From a virus, in the IMG/VR virus record IMGVR_UViG_3300042309_002578, positions 1-64,000 of that record: a DNA stretch of 64,000 nt. One strand, 5' to 3'. Positions 41,966 to 51,391 of the stretch are shown piece after piece. Positions within the stretch are counted from its first letter, which is position 1. Each line of letters begins with the position of its first letter. Below the pieces are notes generated by a model, which saw nothing but the letters and a program-made list of their open reading frames with translations, was not told the DNA's origin and did no database searches. The position numbers were made by a program, and so were the translations under genes.

Positions 41966-42946
41966 ATTTGTACTCACACCACGTCAACGCCCAGCACCAT
42001 CGGTAAAAAAGCCCGACGGATGCCACCCTTGGCGACAAAAACATATTGTAATCCCCGCACAGCAAGGGTTTCGTGTTTTTGGCAATATTCCCCCGCAGCC
42101 GTCCCCCAAGCCGCAAACCAACCATTTGCACCAACGCCCTAACAACGCCCGTGCCACCAGCTAAAAACCTAAAATCTGCCCAGTCTTGGCGATAAAAACA
42201 TATTGCAATATCCGCACAGCAAGGGTTTTGTGTTTTTAGCGATCGCTCCCCCGCAGCCGTCCCCCAAGCCGCAAACCAACCATTTGCACCAATGCCCTAA
42301 CAACGCCCGTGCCACCAGCTAAAAACCTAAAATCTGTCCAGCCTTGGCGACAAAAAACATATTGCAATATCCGCACAGCAAGGGTTTTGTGTTTTTAGCG
42401 ATCGCTCCCCCGCAGCCGTCCTCAAAGTCATAAACCAACCATTTGCACCAACACCCTGACAACGCCCGTGCCACCAGCTAAAAACCTAAAATCTGTCCAG
42501 CCTTGGCGACAAAAAACATATTGCAATATCCGCACAGCAAGGGTTTTGTGTTTTGGCAATATTCCCCCGCAGCCGTCTCCAAACCGGCAAAACAGACATT
42601 CGTTCTCAGCCTGGACTAACGTCGATAAAATCAAAATCTTGTAACACGCCTCAAACCCGCATTCTCTCGTTAAAAAATCTGTGGCGGATTATAACATAAG
42701 GTGTGTCAAAAGTAAAGGGAAGATACAAAGAAAAAAGGGCAGTTTCCTATAAGAAAGTGATCATCTTCCCAATTTTATTTTTGATTAAAATCAAAAAATT
42801 ATGCAAGTACGCACCTATATCCAAAATTTCTGTAATACGTTTGTAATATAAAAATAAATCAAAAATGCGCTTGACTTTATTTGTTAACCATAGTAATATA
42901 TATTCAGTAAAGAAAAACAAAATACAAAACAAGCGAGAAAAAGATG
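41966..42946 (+). repeat. dispersed repeat module copy C (half unit, four units, core, promoter and RBS)
   Basis: CATATTG at 42042, 42199, 42358 and 42517; core from 42635. Confidence 0.95.
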
Positions 42947-43162
42947 ACTAAGCCATTTGCAAATCTGGAAACCACCGAAAAGAACCACACTGCCGAGTAT
43001 GGAATCCGAATTAAATCTATAGTAATGTGGGAAATAAGGACGGAAATTTTGTTTGTGTATGTAGCTGGAGTTGCAGAACCAGTAGCTTTTTATGTTAACG
43101 AGTCTGTCGAGCTAATAGCCGAACTTAGGAAACAAAGCGAAGACTTTAGACCTCAAAAGTAG
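42944..43162 (+). CDS. small hypothetical protein
   Basis: Downstream of promoter 42871-42899. Confidence 0.65.
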   Translation: MTKPFANLETTEKNHTAEYGIRIKSIVMWEIRTEILFVYVAGVAEPVAFYVNESVELIAELRKQSEDFRPQK

Positions 43163-43553
43163 GCAGCAATTAAGCAATACAATAACTAATGAGTTACTGT
43201 ATTGCTTACTAAACAAAGAGATAAATACTCAAACCAAAAAACAAACAAAAATGGAACTAATTTCAATCAAAAGAAAAAGCCCAACTAATGATTTTGTTTC
43301 CGATTTATTAGACTGCTTGAATGGCTACACGCCATTTACATTTTATGCTGCTAATGATCAATGCGTTAAGCAAGGAATGAATCAGCTTGGTTTCCAGAAT
43401 TTATTAAAGAGAGCAATTCCGTTTTTGTTCCATACGAAGCTGGGACTGGCAAGTATGACGATTTCTTCTGGTCTGATTGGAAATAAAAACAGCGGTTAAA
43501 TTTATTTTTTAGCCGTAGCATTGCACAAACATAATAAAAACCCCAAACCAAAA

Positions 43554-44000
43554 ATGAAACTAACAAAGCTAACAGCCTACGAATTGAGAGAATTAATAAG
43601 TCTTTTTGATTCCCTAGAAAGACATCCCGAAAACAAGAATACTGTAACCACAGGAGAGCATTTGCTTGAAAAAATAATTAAAAACACGCCATCTTTCGAC
43701 ATTCATGTTACTGACAACAATAAAGTGATACAAAATTATGACACCCTGCTTTGGGTGTACGAGGTTTTATTAACTAAAAACCCCTATTGTTACAGTCCAA
43801 TTTTTAATAGCATTTGTGATTCTGATCAATCAGTTCCTTTGTCGGTAATATACGATGATAGTAAGTTATTTAACTATCTGCGCTACTATCCAGAATATTT
43901 GAGCGAACTAAGAAAAGTTCAAAAAAATATTCACAAGCACGGCATACCCATTCATTTCATAGGAGATGAATCTATAGAATTTTATCTGAAAAACAGATAA
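43554..44000 (+). CDS. hypothetical protein
   Basis: ATG 43554 after an A/C-rich leader. Confidence 0.6.
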   Translation: MKLTKLTAYELRELISLFDSLERHPENKNTVTTGEHLLEKIIKNTPSFDIHVTDNNKVIQNYDTLLWVYEVLLTKNPYCYSPIFNSICDSDQSVPLSVIYDDSKLFNYLRYYPEYLSELRKVQKNIHKHGIPIHFIGDESIEFYLKNR

Positions 44001-44149
44001 AATAAAGTTTGGTTTAAAACATAAAATAATCAACTATCACACGCTACTTTTGTGTTTATAGTTGACAAACTTTAAACACAAAAAACAAGCAAAATGAAAT
44101 TATCAAAACAACAAACAAAGCTGCATTCACAGGCAGAAGTTGGGGTTTT

Positions 44150-44746
44150 TTGTCGGTAGAACATATTGCAATCTAGCCACAGCAAGGCTTTTGTGTTTTA
44201 GCGATATTTCCCCCGCAGCCGCACCAAAATTATAAAACGAGCATTTGTACTCACACCACGTCAACGCCCAGCACCATCGGCAAAAAAGCCCGACGGATGC
44301 CCAGTCTTGTTACAAAAACATATTGTAATCCCCACATAACAAGGCTTCTGTCTTTGGGTCGGCTGCGGGGAGACATTCCCAAAATCATAAAGCGGATATT
44401 CGTTCCCAGTTTTGGATAATGCCCCATAAAACTAAAATCTTGTAACACGCCTCAAACCCCTATTTTACTGTTAAAAATTTGGGGCGGATTATATCATAGT
44501 GAGCGTACCAAAGTCAAGGGAAGATGTGAAATAAAAATGGCATTTCCTTAAAGAAACAATGCACATCTTCCCAAATATTTTTTCCTTTTTTATAAAAATA
44601 TTATGCAAGTACGCACCTAGATAAAAAACCTGTAATACGCCTGTAATATACAAAATGATTTTCAAATACCGCTTGACTTTATTTGTTAACCACAGTATTA
44701 TAAGTGAAGTAGAAAAAACAAAACACAAAACAAGCGAGAAAAAATG
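44150..44746 (+). repeat. dispersed repeat module copy D (two units plus divergent core)
   Basis: CATATTG at 44162 and 44319; core from 44436. Confidence 0.9.
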
Positions 44747-45133
44747 ACAATCAATAAATACTATTTTAATAGACAGCGAGTTGAATCCGCGTTGGCGGAT
44801 CTTGAACGGAATAAAAACCTCAAACTAGAGCAAGCCCGATTAAATGGGTGGGAAGTGGAGGTTTTGTCCAAGTGTGGACTGACGACTTGGAGGAAGAAGT
44901 TTGGGTTCTTCGTCCTGTCACAAGACATGGTTGGGCAAAAAGGATTGTCCACGTTCGACATTCCAGATCGAACGTGGGTGATCAACACGAATTTCAGGGA
45001 TCTATCTGATCTAGAAAGAGATGGATGGATTTCATCGGAAAAAGAAGCTGCGCTTCAATCTGCACTTCTTAGACCAGCAAGACGAACCACCTATCAATCT
45101 GCACTTCTTAGACCAGCAAGACGAACCACCTAG
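44744..45133 (+). CDS. hypothetical protein with a 39-bp terminal duplication
   Basis: Downstream of promoter 44673; 45055-45093 is repeated at 45094-45132. Confidence 0.65.
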   Translation: MTINKYYFNRQRVESALADLERNKNLKLEQARLNGWEVEVLSKCGLTTWRKKFGFFVLSQDMVGQKGLSTFDIPDRTWVINTNFRDLSDLERDGWISSEKEAALQSALLRPARRTTYQSALLRPARRTT

Positions 45134-45557
45134 TTCAGAAAGACTCGTTGTTACGACGGGTCTTTTTTTGTGCTTATAGGCGATCGCCTATAAGCACCCC
45201 ACGTGACGAATTAAAAATGTACTTTAGAGATGCATTTAGAGGGTATTGCTTCCAAGAGAGCCTTTTTTCAAATTTAGAGGAACGCCCTATTTTTTATGAA
45301 ACGCTACCAAAAAAGAAACATTTTTTGAAACCTTGGTAAGCATCGCACTTTTAGCCGCATAATAAAAAACAATCTATTGAAGCTAGAAGCACACAAAGTT
45401 TAACCCCAAGCTAAAATAATTTTTATCCGCAAAACAGCCTTGTAGAATTTAGTAATTTCTTTTTAAAATTGGTAAAATATTTTAAAAAATGACTTGCTTT
45501 TATTTCTAAAAAATAGTATATTATATATAGACAATAAAACATTAAAAACGCAAAACA

Positions 45558-46286
45558 ATGGCAACTAAAACCGCAAAAACAAATCCGCTCTGGGAGCAAA
45601 TCTACACCAGACAAGAAGGTATTGATTTAGGACTGGACCCGGATAATCTAGAATTTTTAGTTAAAAGAATTGCTGAAGAAATCCAGCAAAATGTAGATCC
45701 TGAATTTGTTGTTACAGGTAATGTGGTTCTCACTCAGTGCGGGAAATCTGAAATTGCTTTTACCACGACACAACAAGGGTTTCGTGTTTTTAAAAAGTAT
45801 GTTTTTGAGCTTTCAATCCCATCGTTTACAACAGATGGCGATGTTACAGTTACTATTTCCCCAGAAGAAAAACTTCCCTGCGGAAGACTGTTGACAGATT
45901 ACATCGACAAGGGCGCAGACAAAAAGCGGAAAGTTAAAACGATCAAGATTGCATTAGGCAGGGGCGAGAAAGTGATCGCATCCGCAATCTATAAATATTT
46001 CCCCGAATACGCTGACCTCTATGACGAGTCAAAAACCGAAAGAGATAGAGTTTGGGCAAAAATTGAGAAAGTAAAATCGGTGATTGAGTCCTTGGCAATT
46101 GCAGCCAACGCGGATGTTTCTGGCGACGGGATGTCATTTGAAATTGACACTGAAAACGCCATGAGAAAAGGGTCTGTCAACGTTGTCTCAACTGAAACTG
46201 GACAGTTCAAGTTGGAGTTCTTCACGGACAAACCCGACGATCTATCAAGAGCGATCGCGTTTTTAACTGGTAATACCTTAGAGTAA
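45558..46286 (+). CDS. hypothetical protein
   Basis: 242 aa with upstream promoter and downstream hairpin 46291-46333. Confidence 0.75.
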   Translation: MATKTAKTNPLWEQIYTRQEGIDLGLDPDNLEFLVKRIAEEIQQNVDPEFVVTGNVVLTQCGKSEIAFTTTQQGFRVFKKYVFELSIPSFTTDGDVTVTISPEEKLPCGRLLTDYIDKGADKKRKVKTIKIALGRGEKVIASAIYKYFPEYADLYDESKTERDRVWAKIEKVKSVIESLAIAANADVSGDGMSFEIDTENAMRKGSVNVVSTETGQFKLEFFTDKPDDLSRAIAFLTGNTLE

Positions 46287-46420
46287 AAACGCCTCAATAA
46301 TAGTAAAACGTATCATCGTGCTATTATTGAGGCACTACTTTGCAATTGGTAAATAATGACACTTATTAAAAACGGATGTCATTATTTTTTTACTATAAAA
46401 TAAAATTTGTTGGTGAGAAT

Positions 46421-46813
46421 ATGGACAACACAAAATACAGTCAGTTACTGGCAGAGAGTGCGCCCCAAGTAATCGAAACCGAGGAAGAATACGAAAGGCT
46501 ACTAAAAATAGCCGAGAGACTTGTATTCAAAAATGATTTAACACCCGAAGAAAGGGCGTTAAGCAAGTTAGTAGTTTTTCTTGTTGAGGATTATGAGACA
46601 AAAAACTATCCAATGGACGACGAATCAACTCCCCAAGCAATCCTAAAGCACATCATGGATTCTAGTGGGAATAGTCAAGCAGATTTGGCGAGAATCACTG
46701 GTTCTAGCAGTGGAGTAATTTCAGAAATATTAAGCGGTAAGCGCGACATCTCCAAAAAACAAGCAAAGGCTCTGTCCGCACACTTTAAGGTTGATCCTAG
46801 TCTGTTTATCTAG
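46421..46813 (+). CDS. HigA-like HTH antitoxin
   Basis: PQVIETEEEYE, LVEDYE, QADLA...SSSGVISEILSGKR.ISK.QAKAL...F.V.PSLFI. Confidence 0.88.
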   Translation: MDNTKYSQLLAESAPQVIETEEEYERLLKIAERLVFKNDLTPEERALSKLVVFLVEDYETKNYPMDDESTPQAILKHIMDSSGNSQADLARITGSSSGVISEILSGKRDISKKQAKALSAHFKVDPSLFI

Positions 46814-46905
46814 CATACCAGACTCTGCTTTTATATAAGAATCATTAAAATTTCACAATATACATGATATATTAAATTATCAAACATTAATGTAGGGTAA
46901 ATATT

Positions 46906-47340
46906 GTGAAACGAGAAACAACAAATGCGCGAGGGAGCAAAAAGCAGGAACACTTTAAATATAGCGAGAATTGGCACTCGAAGGTAAAGCACACAACTAA
47001 AATGCAGCCGCTTTGCACTAATAACCCTTTTCATGGGGATGCACAGATAGTTCACCATCTCCATTACAGGCGATCGCTATTAAGGAGAACGCTGGGGTTG
47101 TTGCTGCTGAACTTGCCAGTGAAATCAATTTCTGGTTTTGAGATTCCAGGGTTTGATATTGTTCCCATTTGCAAAGAGTGTCATCAAAATAGTTATGGAA
47201 CTAGCAAAAGCCGCAGGTCATTGCATTATCATAAAATCTGGATACAGCGCGGGGGAATTGATAATCATCAACATTGGTTTACTGCTTGGCGATTAAGAAT
47301 AAATTATCTTATTCTGTTTTTGTGGGGGATTGTATTTTGA
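46906..47340 (+). CDS. HNH-like nuclease
   Basis: C...IVHHLHY...IVPICKECH. Confidence 0.6.
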   Translation: MKRETTNARGSKKQEHFKYSENWHSKVKHTTKMQPLCTNNPFHGDAQIVHHLHYRRSLLRRTLGLLLLNLPVKSISGFEIPGFDIVPICKECHQNSYGTSKSRRSLHYHKIWIQRGGIDNHQHWFTAWRLRINYLILFLWGIVF

Positions 47341-47406
47341 TGCAAATATAGAATTAGATGCATACTATTAAAATTAAGGCGAGATAGTTAATTTAATTGT
47401 TCATGT

Positions 47407-47916
47407 ATGTCAACTCCAAATTTTCAAATCAAAGGCGAAGACGGCAAAAATTACTGGATATCCCGCAGCGTAGCGGTGGTGGTTATCCCATTGTTTAAGT
47501 GCGAAGGGTTGACCTATGTGCCACTCGGTAAACGCTCAAAAGAATTAAATTTATATCCAGAACACTGGGGTATTCCTTGCGGTTTTCTAGATTGGGGCGA
47601 GTCTGCTTATGAAGCTGCTGAAAGAGAGGTTCTTGAGGAATTAGGCATAAAATTGTCTGATTTTTGTTTCAATAGAAATCCTCAGCCAGATGCGGTTATG
47701 TCTGACCCCAATCCGAGCGAAAACGAGACGGTATCGCTGCGATTTATTGTTAATTGCAAGGTAGAAGAACTCCCAGAACTAAAAACTAGCTCTGAGGTCA
47801 CAGAAGTTAAGTGGATGGAAGTAACTAGGAATGGATGGAAGCAGGAAAAACTCGCGTTTAATCACACCGATATTATTGACTGGGCTTTGTGCCGCAGCCA
47901 TATTGATGGCTTCTAA
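47407..47916 (+). CDS. Nudix hydrolase
   Basis: GFLDWGESAYEAAEREVLEELG Nudix box. Confidence 0.93.
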   Translation: MSTPNFQIKGEDGKNYWISRSVAVVVIPLFKCEGLTYVPLGKRSKELNLYPEHWGIPCGFLDWGESAYEAAEREVLEELGIKLSDFCFNRNPQPDAVMSDPNPSENETVSLRFIVNCKVEELPELKTSSEVTEVKWMEVTRNGWKQEKLAFNHTDIIDWALCRSHIDGF

Positions 47917-48046
47917 AAATTTGATTTAGCCGTGAATCTGTGGATTTAGCTTAAAGATCCACAGAAAAAATTAAAAAAATGTAGTTGACTTTCTTTGTTA
48001 ACCATAGTATTATACAAGAATAAAGAAAAAACAAAAATCAACTAAC

Positions 48047-48298
48047 ATGGCAGACATTAAAAAACTAAAACCAGGACAGCTTGTTTACAGCGTCGAAACT
48101 CAAAAACTTGGAAACACTGAATTAAGTATTCGCGCATTATACAGAGTCAGGATATTAGAAGTCAACCTTGAAATAGGTTTCGTGATAGCATCCTGGAACA
48201 GTAATCCTCGACAAAAATTCTACGAAACCAGCATCAAAAAATGGAAAACAGAAAGACCAGAACCAAAAAAGAAGGTTATGGGACTGGATAGTTATTAG
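48047..48298 (+). CDS. small hypothetical protein
   Basis: Downstream of promoter 47985-48013. Confidence 0.65.
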   Translation: MADIKKLKPGQLVYSVETQKLGNTELSIRALYRVRILEVNLEIGFVIASWNSNPRQKFYETSIKKWKTERPEPKKKVMGLDSY

Positions 48299-48663
48299 TC
48301 TGCAAAGCCAATGGTTCACTATAAAAAATCAACAAGAAGGAGAAAACAAAAGGGCTAAAATTGTAAGAACGGAATTTGTGTCTGTTTGGGGTAGAGATGA
48401 GGAAGTCCTAGTTTCTGAATTGCCACCCCAAACCCAAGAGGCTATAAAGCGGTCTGACGACTTTTGGACACAGATGAATACCTTAGAAGAAGCCGGAGAC
48501 ACTGAGGGGATTCACAACCTTTGTGAATCACATTCTGCTAATCAGTAAACTTTTTTTTTGATGGTTTTTAGTCTTCAAGACTTGGGGATTTCTCAGATGT
48601 CCCAAACATAAGTCAGACATACAGAACTTTAGTGATTAAATTTATGTGCAAATAACAAAAAAT

Positions 48664-49248
48664 ATGAACACAAAAACAGAAATCAAAAATCAAAGATGGA
48701 TTGATTTTTCTTTGAGAATGGCTAAAACCTGTTATCGCCACTCACAAAGACCGTCCTTAGAGTGGATAATTAGCAGCATCAACGCTGTTTTTGAAACCAT
48801 CCACGATGACTTGAGCCTCTACGAATCCTGGGATAATGTTTTGCCATATTCCCCGAACGATAAAATATACACATGGAAGAGGTATAACAAAGATAAGCCA
48901 GAATACCCCGTTTATCTCTCCACAGTATTGAGTGAATGTATTGAGCAGGACATATATTGGAGTCCATACGAACACGCCAACAGAAGCCAGAAAAAGGTTA
49001 TAGATAAATACGGAGACTCTATGAGCGAGGAGGAGTATGACAGCCTCAAAGAAAGGATAGTGTCGGATTGGTCAAGTCCAGTTCATTGTTGCATAAGAGC
49101 GGGGATAGATGCAGCAAAAGGTGGTAGCTTTGGTGTTATTGGGTTTACATTTAGAAACATTCTAGATATGTATCCAGAGGGCTTGCCTGATTGGATAAAA
49201 GAAAATTTAGTAGAGGGGTTAAAACCCAAGGATTTTATTCTTTTGTAA
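48664..49248 (+). CDS. hypothetical protein
   Basis: About 194 aa; CCIRAGID motif. Confidence 0.7.
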   Translation: MNTKTEIKNQRWIDFSLRMAKTCYRHSQRPSLEWIISSINAVFETIHDDLSLYESWDNVLPYSPNDKIYTWKRYNKDKPEYPVYLSTVLSECIEQDIYWSPYEHANRSQKKVIDKYGDSMSEEEYDSLKERIVSDWSSPVHCCIRAGIDAAKGGSFGVIGFTFRNILDMYPEGLPDWIKENLVEGLKPKDFILL

Positions 49249-49336
49249 TTTACATCAATCAACGCAGTTTATATTTGCTATATTTTTATGTAAATACCCG
49301 CTATATTTAATTAAATGTAGCGCGTATTTACATTGA

Positions 49337-49616
49337 CTAAATATACCATTCAATAGGCTCGTATCCTATTTTGCTAACGATATCAAATGAGTTTTTGTTG
49401 ATTACTACCCAAGGCAGATTCAGTATTTCACAATCCTCGGTATATCGCTATTCTCCTTGTGCGCGATCGCTTTCTGGAATAATCTTCTTGGCTAATGAAG
49501 TGCCGTAAATGCACTCTAGCTTCTCTCGAAGATAGCTTTCGTTGTAGCCAAAAAATACTAGGTTTTGCCCACAATGAATATTGGCTTTCGTGAAGTCAAT
49601 ACCTTGGTCTAGGGTT
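49337..49616 (-). pseudogene. 3' part of a native gene split by the 1.7-kb insertion
   Basis: TLDQGIDFTKANIHCG...QGE*RYTEDC...EWYI* is in frame with 51288-51391. Confidence 0.7.
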
Positions 49617-49620
49617 ATCT

Positions 49621-49932
49621 TATGATCTTGAGGTTGATGAGTGGGATAACTTTGCTTTAGCTGCTGGTATCATTGTTCATAATTCTAAAGACATCTGTGA
49701 TGCAGTAGCGGTGGTAGCCTGGCACTTAATGAGCGACTTAAGCGCAGCTATACCTGGCACAGCTATAAGAACTGAGAGTAGAGAGGCTAGAATGAGTCCA
49801 GGTGATGCTAACTCTGATATAGCTTTTGGAGGAGCTGGGCGTGAACTAGCTGCACAGATAAAGACAGCTTATAAAGGCTGGGGTACTAGTAGAAATGATG
49901 GTGGAAGCTGGAGTGGAGATGATTACTTCTAG
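49621..49932 (+). pseudogene. C-terminal fragment of an intein-containing terminase large subunit
   Basis: YDLEVDEWDNFALAAGIIVHN/S intein end followed by SKDICDAVA nuclease motif. Confidence 0.75.
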
Positions 49933-50108
49933 TCTAGTTTTAGGGTGTTTAAGTCCCCTCTAACTGATCCACGTCGTATGAACTTTCTCACAACAATATT
50001 GTCTTTGTTAGTTTCCAAGAACTCTGCCAGGTAGTCAATATCAATTCTGGCAACGCTACCATCTTTGAGATGTACAGTTCCTTTAATGGTTTCTTCTTGT
50101 TCTTGCAT
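49929..50108 (-). CDS. small hypothetical protein (59 aa)
   Basis: MQEQEETIKGTVHLKDG...; translated by hand. Confidence 0.5.
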   Translation of the reverse strand: MQEQEETIKGTVHLKDGSVARIDIDYLAEFLETNKDNIVVRKFIRRGSVRGDLNTLKLD

Positions 50109-50130
50109 TAATACCAGCCTAGGTTTAAAA

Positions 50131-50204
50131 CTCCCCCGGCACGACTCGAACGTGCGGCATCGAAATTAACAGTTTCGCGCTCTAACCAACTGAGCTACAG
50201 GGGA
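50131..50204 (-). tRNA. tRNA-Asn(GTT)
   Basis: Cloverleaf: TCCCCTG/CGGGGGA, CGAAA-CTGTTAA-TTTCG, GCACG-TTCGAGT-CGTGC. Confidence 0.93.
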
Positions 50205-50225
50205 ATGACTTCTAGCTAACTAGAA

Positions 50226-50296
50226 CGAGGCTAGGGAGGATCGAACTCCCAACTTAAGATCGACAATCTTAGGGTTTACCATTAACCTATAGCCCC
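50226..50296 (-). tRNA. tRNA-Asp(GTC)
   Basis: GGGGCTA/TAGCCTC, TAAGA-TTGTCGA-TCTTA, GGGAG-TTCGATC-CTCCC. Confidence 0.9.
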
Positions 50297-50480
50297 TGTG
50301 CTTTCCCTTACACCACAAAGGATGCTAACGTTAAACTCCTAGTTGTTCAGGCATTGCTGCTAGGGTGAGAAAACTACCGGGCTTTATTCTGTTCACAGCT
50401 TTGCCATTCTGTGTCTACATTGGCTGCTGGCATGGAGCCACACAACTTCAGTGTAGTGCTGTTTTTCGTTATACGAGAAG

Positions 50481-50552
50481 TATCCCTGGAGAGGATCGAA
50501 CTCTCTTTGCTAGGATGAAAACCTAGTGAACTACCCAATGTTCGACAGGGAC
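50481..50552 (-). tRNA. tRNA-Glu(TTC)
   Basis: GTCCCTG/CAGGGAT, CTAGG-TTTTCAT-CCTAG, GAGAG-TTCGATC-CTCTC. Confidence 0.9.
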
Positions 50553-50609
50553 TTGTTGGCAGTAGAGAGAAGGTCAAGTGTATACCCTCTCGCTCCCTCC
50601 ACTAAAACT

Positions 50610-50638
50610 AGTGTAGCACAACTTTAACGAACTGTCAA
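50610..50638 (-). promoter_or_regulatory. promoter of the tRNA cluster
   Basis: TTGACA-17-TACACT on the minus strand. Confidence 0.65.
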
Positions 50639-50716
50639 CTTGATTGAGAAAGTTTTAGACTAGCTTTGCCCCAACTAGCCTAAAACGTATAACCTTCAAG
50701 GAGCATTTATGGGCAA

Positions 50717-50815
50717 TTAGTAGGGTTAGGAGTCGAACCTAACTTTCCTTGTGCCACCGCACTGTTCACGTCTAAACAGCACTAGACAAGAGCGTCTCCG
50801 ATCTGCCACCTACCA
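50717..50815 (-). tRNA. tRNA-like gene with a 26-nt anticodon-loop insertion (His-GTG or Thr-AGT)
   Basis: TGGTAGG/CCTACTA acceptor; CTTGT/ACAAG stem with a 33-nt loop; GTTAGG-TTCGACT-CCTAAC T arm. Confidence 0.6.
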
Positions 50816-50927
50816 ACCAGCTTACCTTTATACTGGGCGCATATACTCTCAGCGCGGACTATCCGTTCTGCTTAAAGCAAGGCGTTTTGCGGTCCCTTAG
50901 TCTTATTATAACTTAGTTGTTAAAAAC

Positions 50928-51287
50928 CTACCAACCTTGCATTTCTACTAGTTCCATACACAGGTCATTAATCTTGTTTTGGTTAGGGTGGTGGGGCAGT
51001 GTTGATTGCTCGTACACTACAATCATCTGGGCAAGCAGGTCTTCTGACAGTTGTTTTAGTTCCTCATAGGAGTAGTCGCCTTTTAAGATAGCCTTTAACT
51101 CAGCAGCATCACCAGCCAGGTTTCTGTCAACCAAGACTCCCTTACCCTGCAGAATCTCTACACCACCTTTTAACAATCTAATGCAGTGCATTCCGTGTTT
51201 AAGATCATAGCCAGCCAGCCGCTCCATACCAGCCCTAGCAGGGTTTCTATTCTTCTGCCAGGATAGATAAGCATTCCATTCTCTTAA
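50928..51287 (-). pseudogene. C-terminal fragment of a Pol-beta-superfamily (RlaP/Nuc-transf-like) nucleotidyltransferase
   Basis: NRNPARAGME..GYDLKHGMHCIRLL; N-terminus lost at the junction. Confidence 0.75.
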
Positions 51288-51391
51288 AGGGTTCTTGCCC
51301 TGACTTCGTTTGCCCAAAGGGCGAAATCATATCTGACAAGCGTATACTTTCCGAGAGTCCCCCGGTAGGTTTTTGTGTCTTGTACTGACAA
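51288..51391 (-). pseudogene. 5' part of the native gene split by the insertion
   Basis: (L/M)SVQDTKTYRGTLGKYTLVRYDFALWANEVRART. Confidence 0.65.

Larger units (their letters stand above)
49617..51287. mobile_element. captured fragment of another phage genome flanked by AGGGTT direct repeats
   Basis: AGGGTT at 49611-49616 and 51288-51293; both terminal genes of the cargo are truncated. Confidence 0.75.

Noticed and set aside
41916-42634. ORFs inside the arrays (also 11648-11842, 44251-44448, 53796-54005)
   Set aside because: Unit lengths of 152, 157, 158, 159 and 160 bp do not preserve frame, so these are spurious
42037-42635. Repeat arrays as CRISPR arrays
   Set aside because: Units are ~157 bp and similar along their whole length; there is no short repeat/unique spacer alternation and no cas gene
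49448-49450. Stop-codon recoding as the explanation for internal stops
   Set aside because: TAG, TAA and TGA all occur as internal stops and all also end intact genes; no suppressor tRNA was found
50297-50480. Additional tRNA between tRNA-Asp and tRNA-Glu
   Set aside because: Local hairpins and a D-arm-like piece are present, but no T-loop or complete cloverleaf could be built
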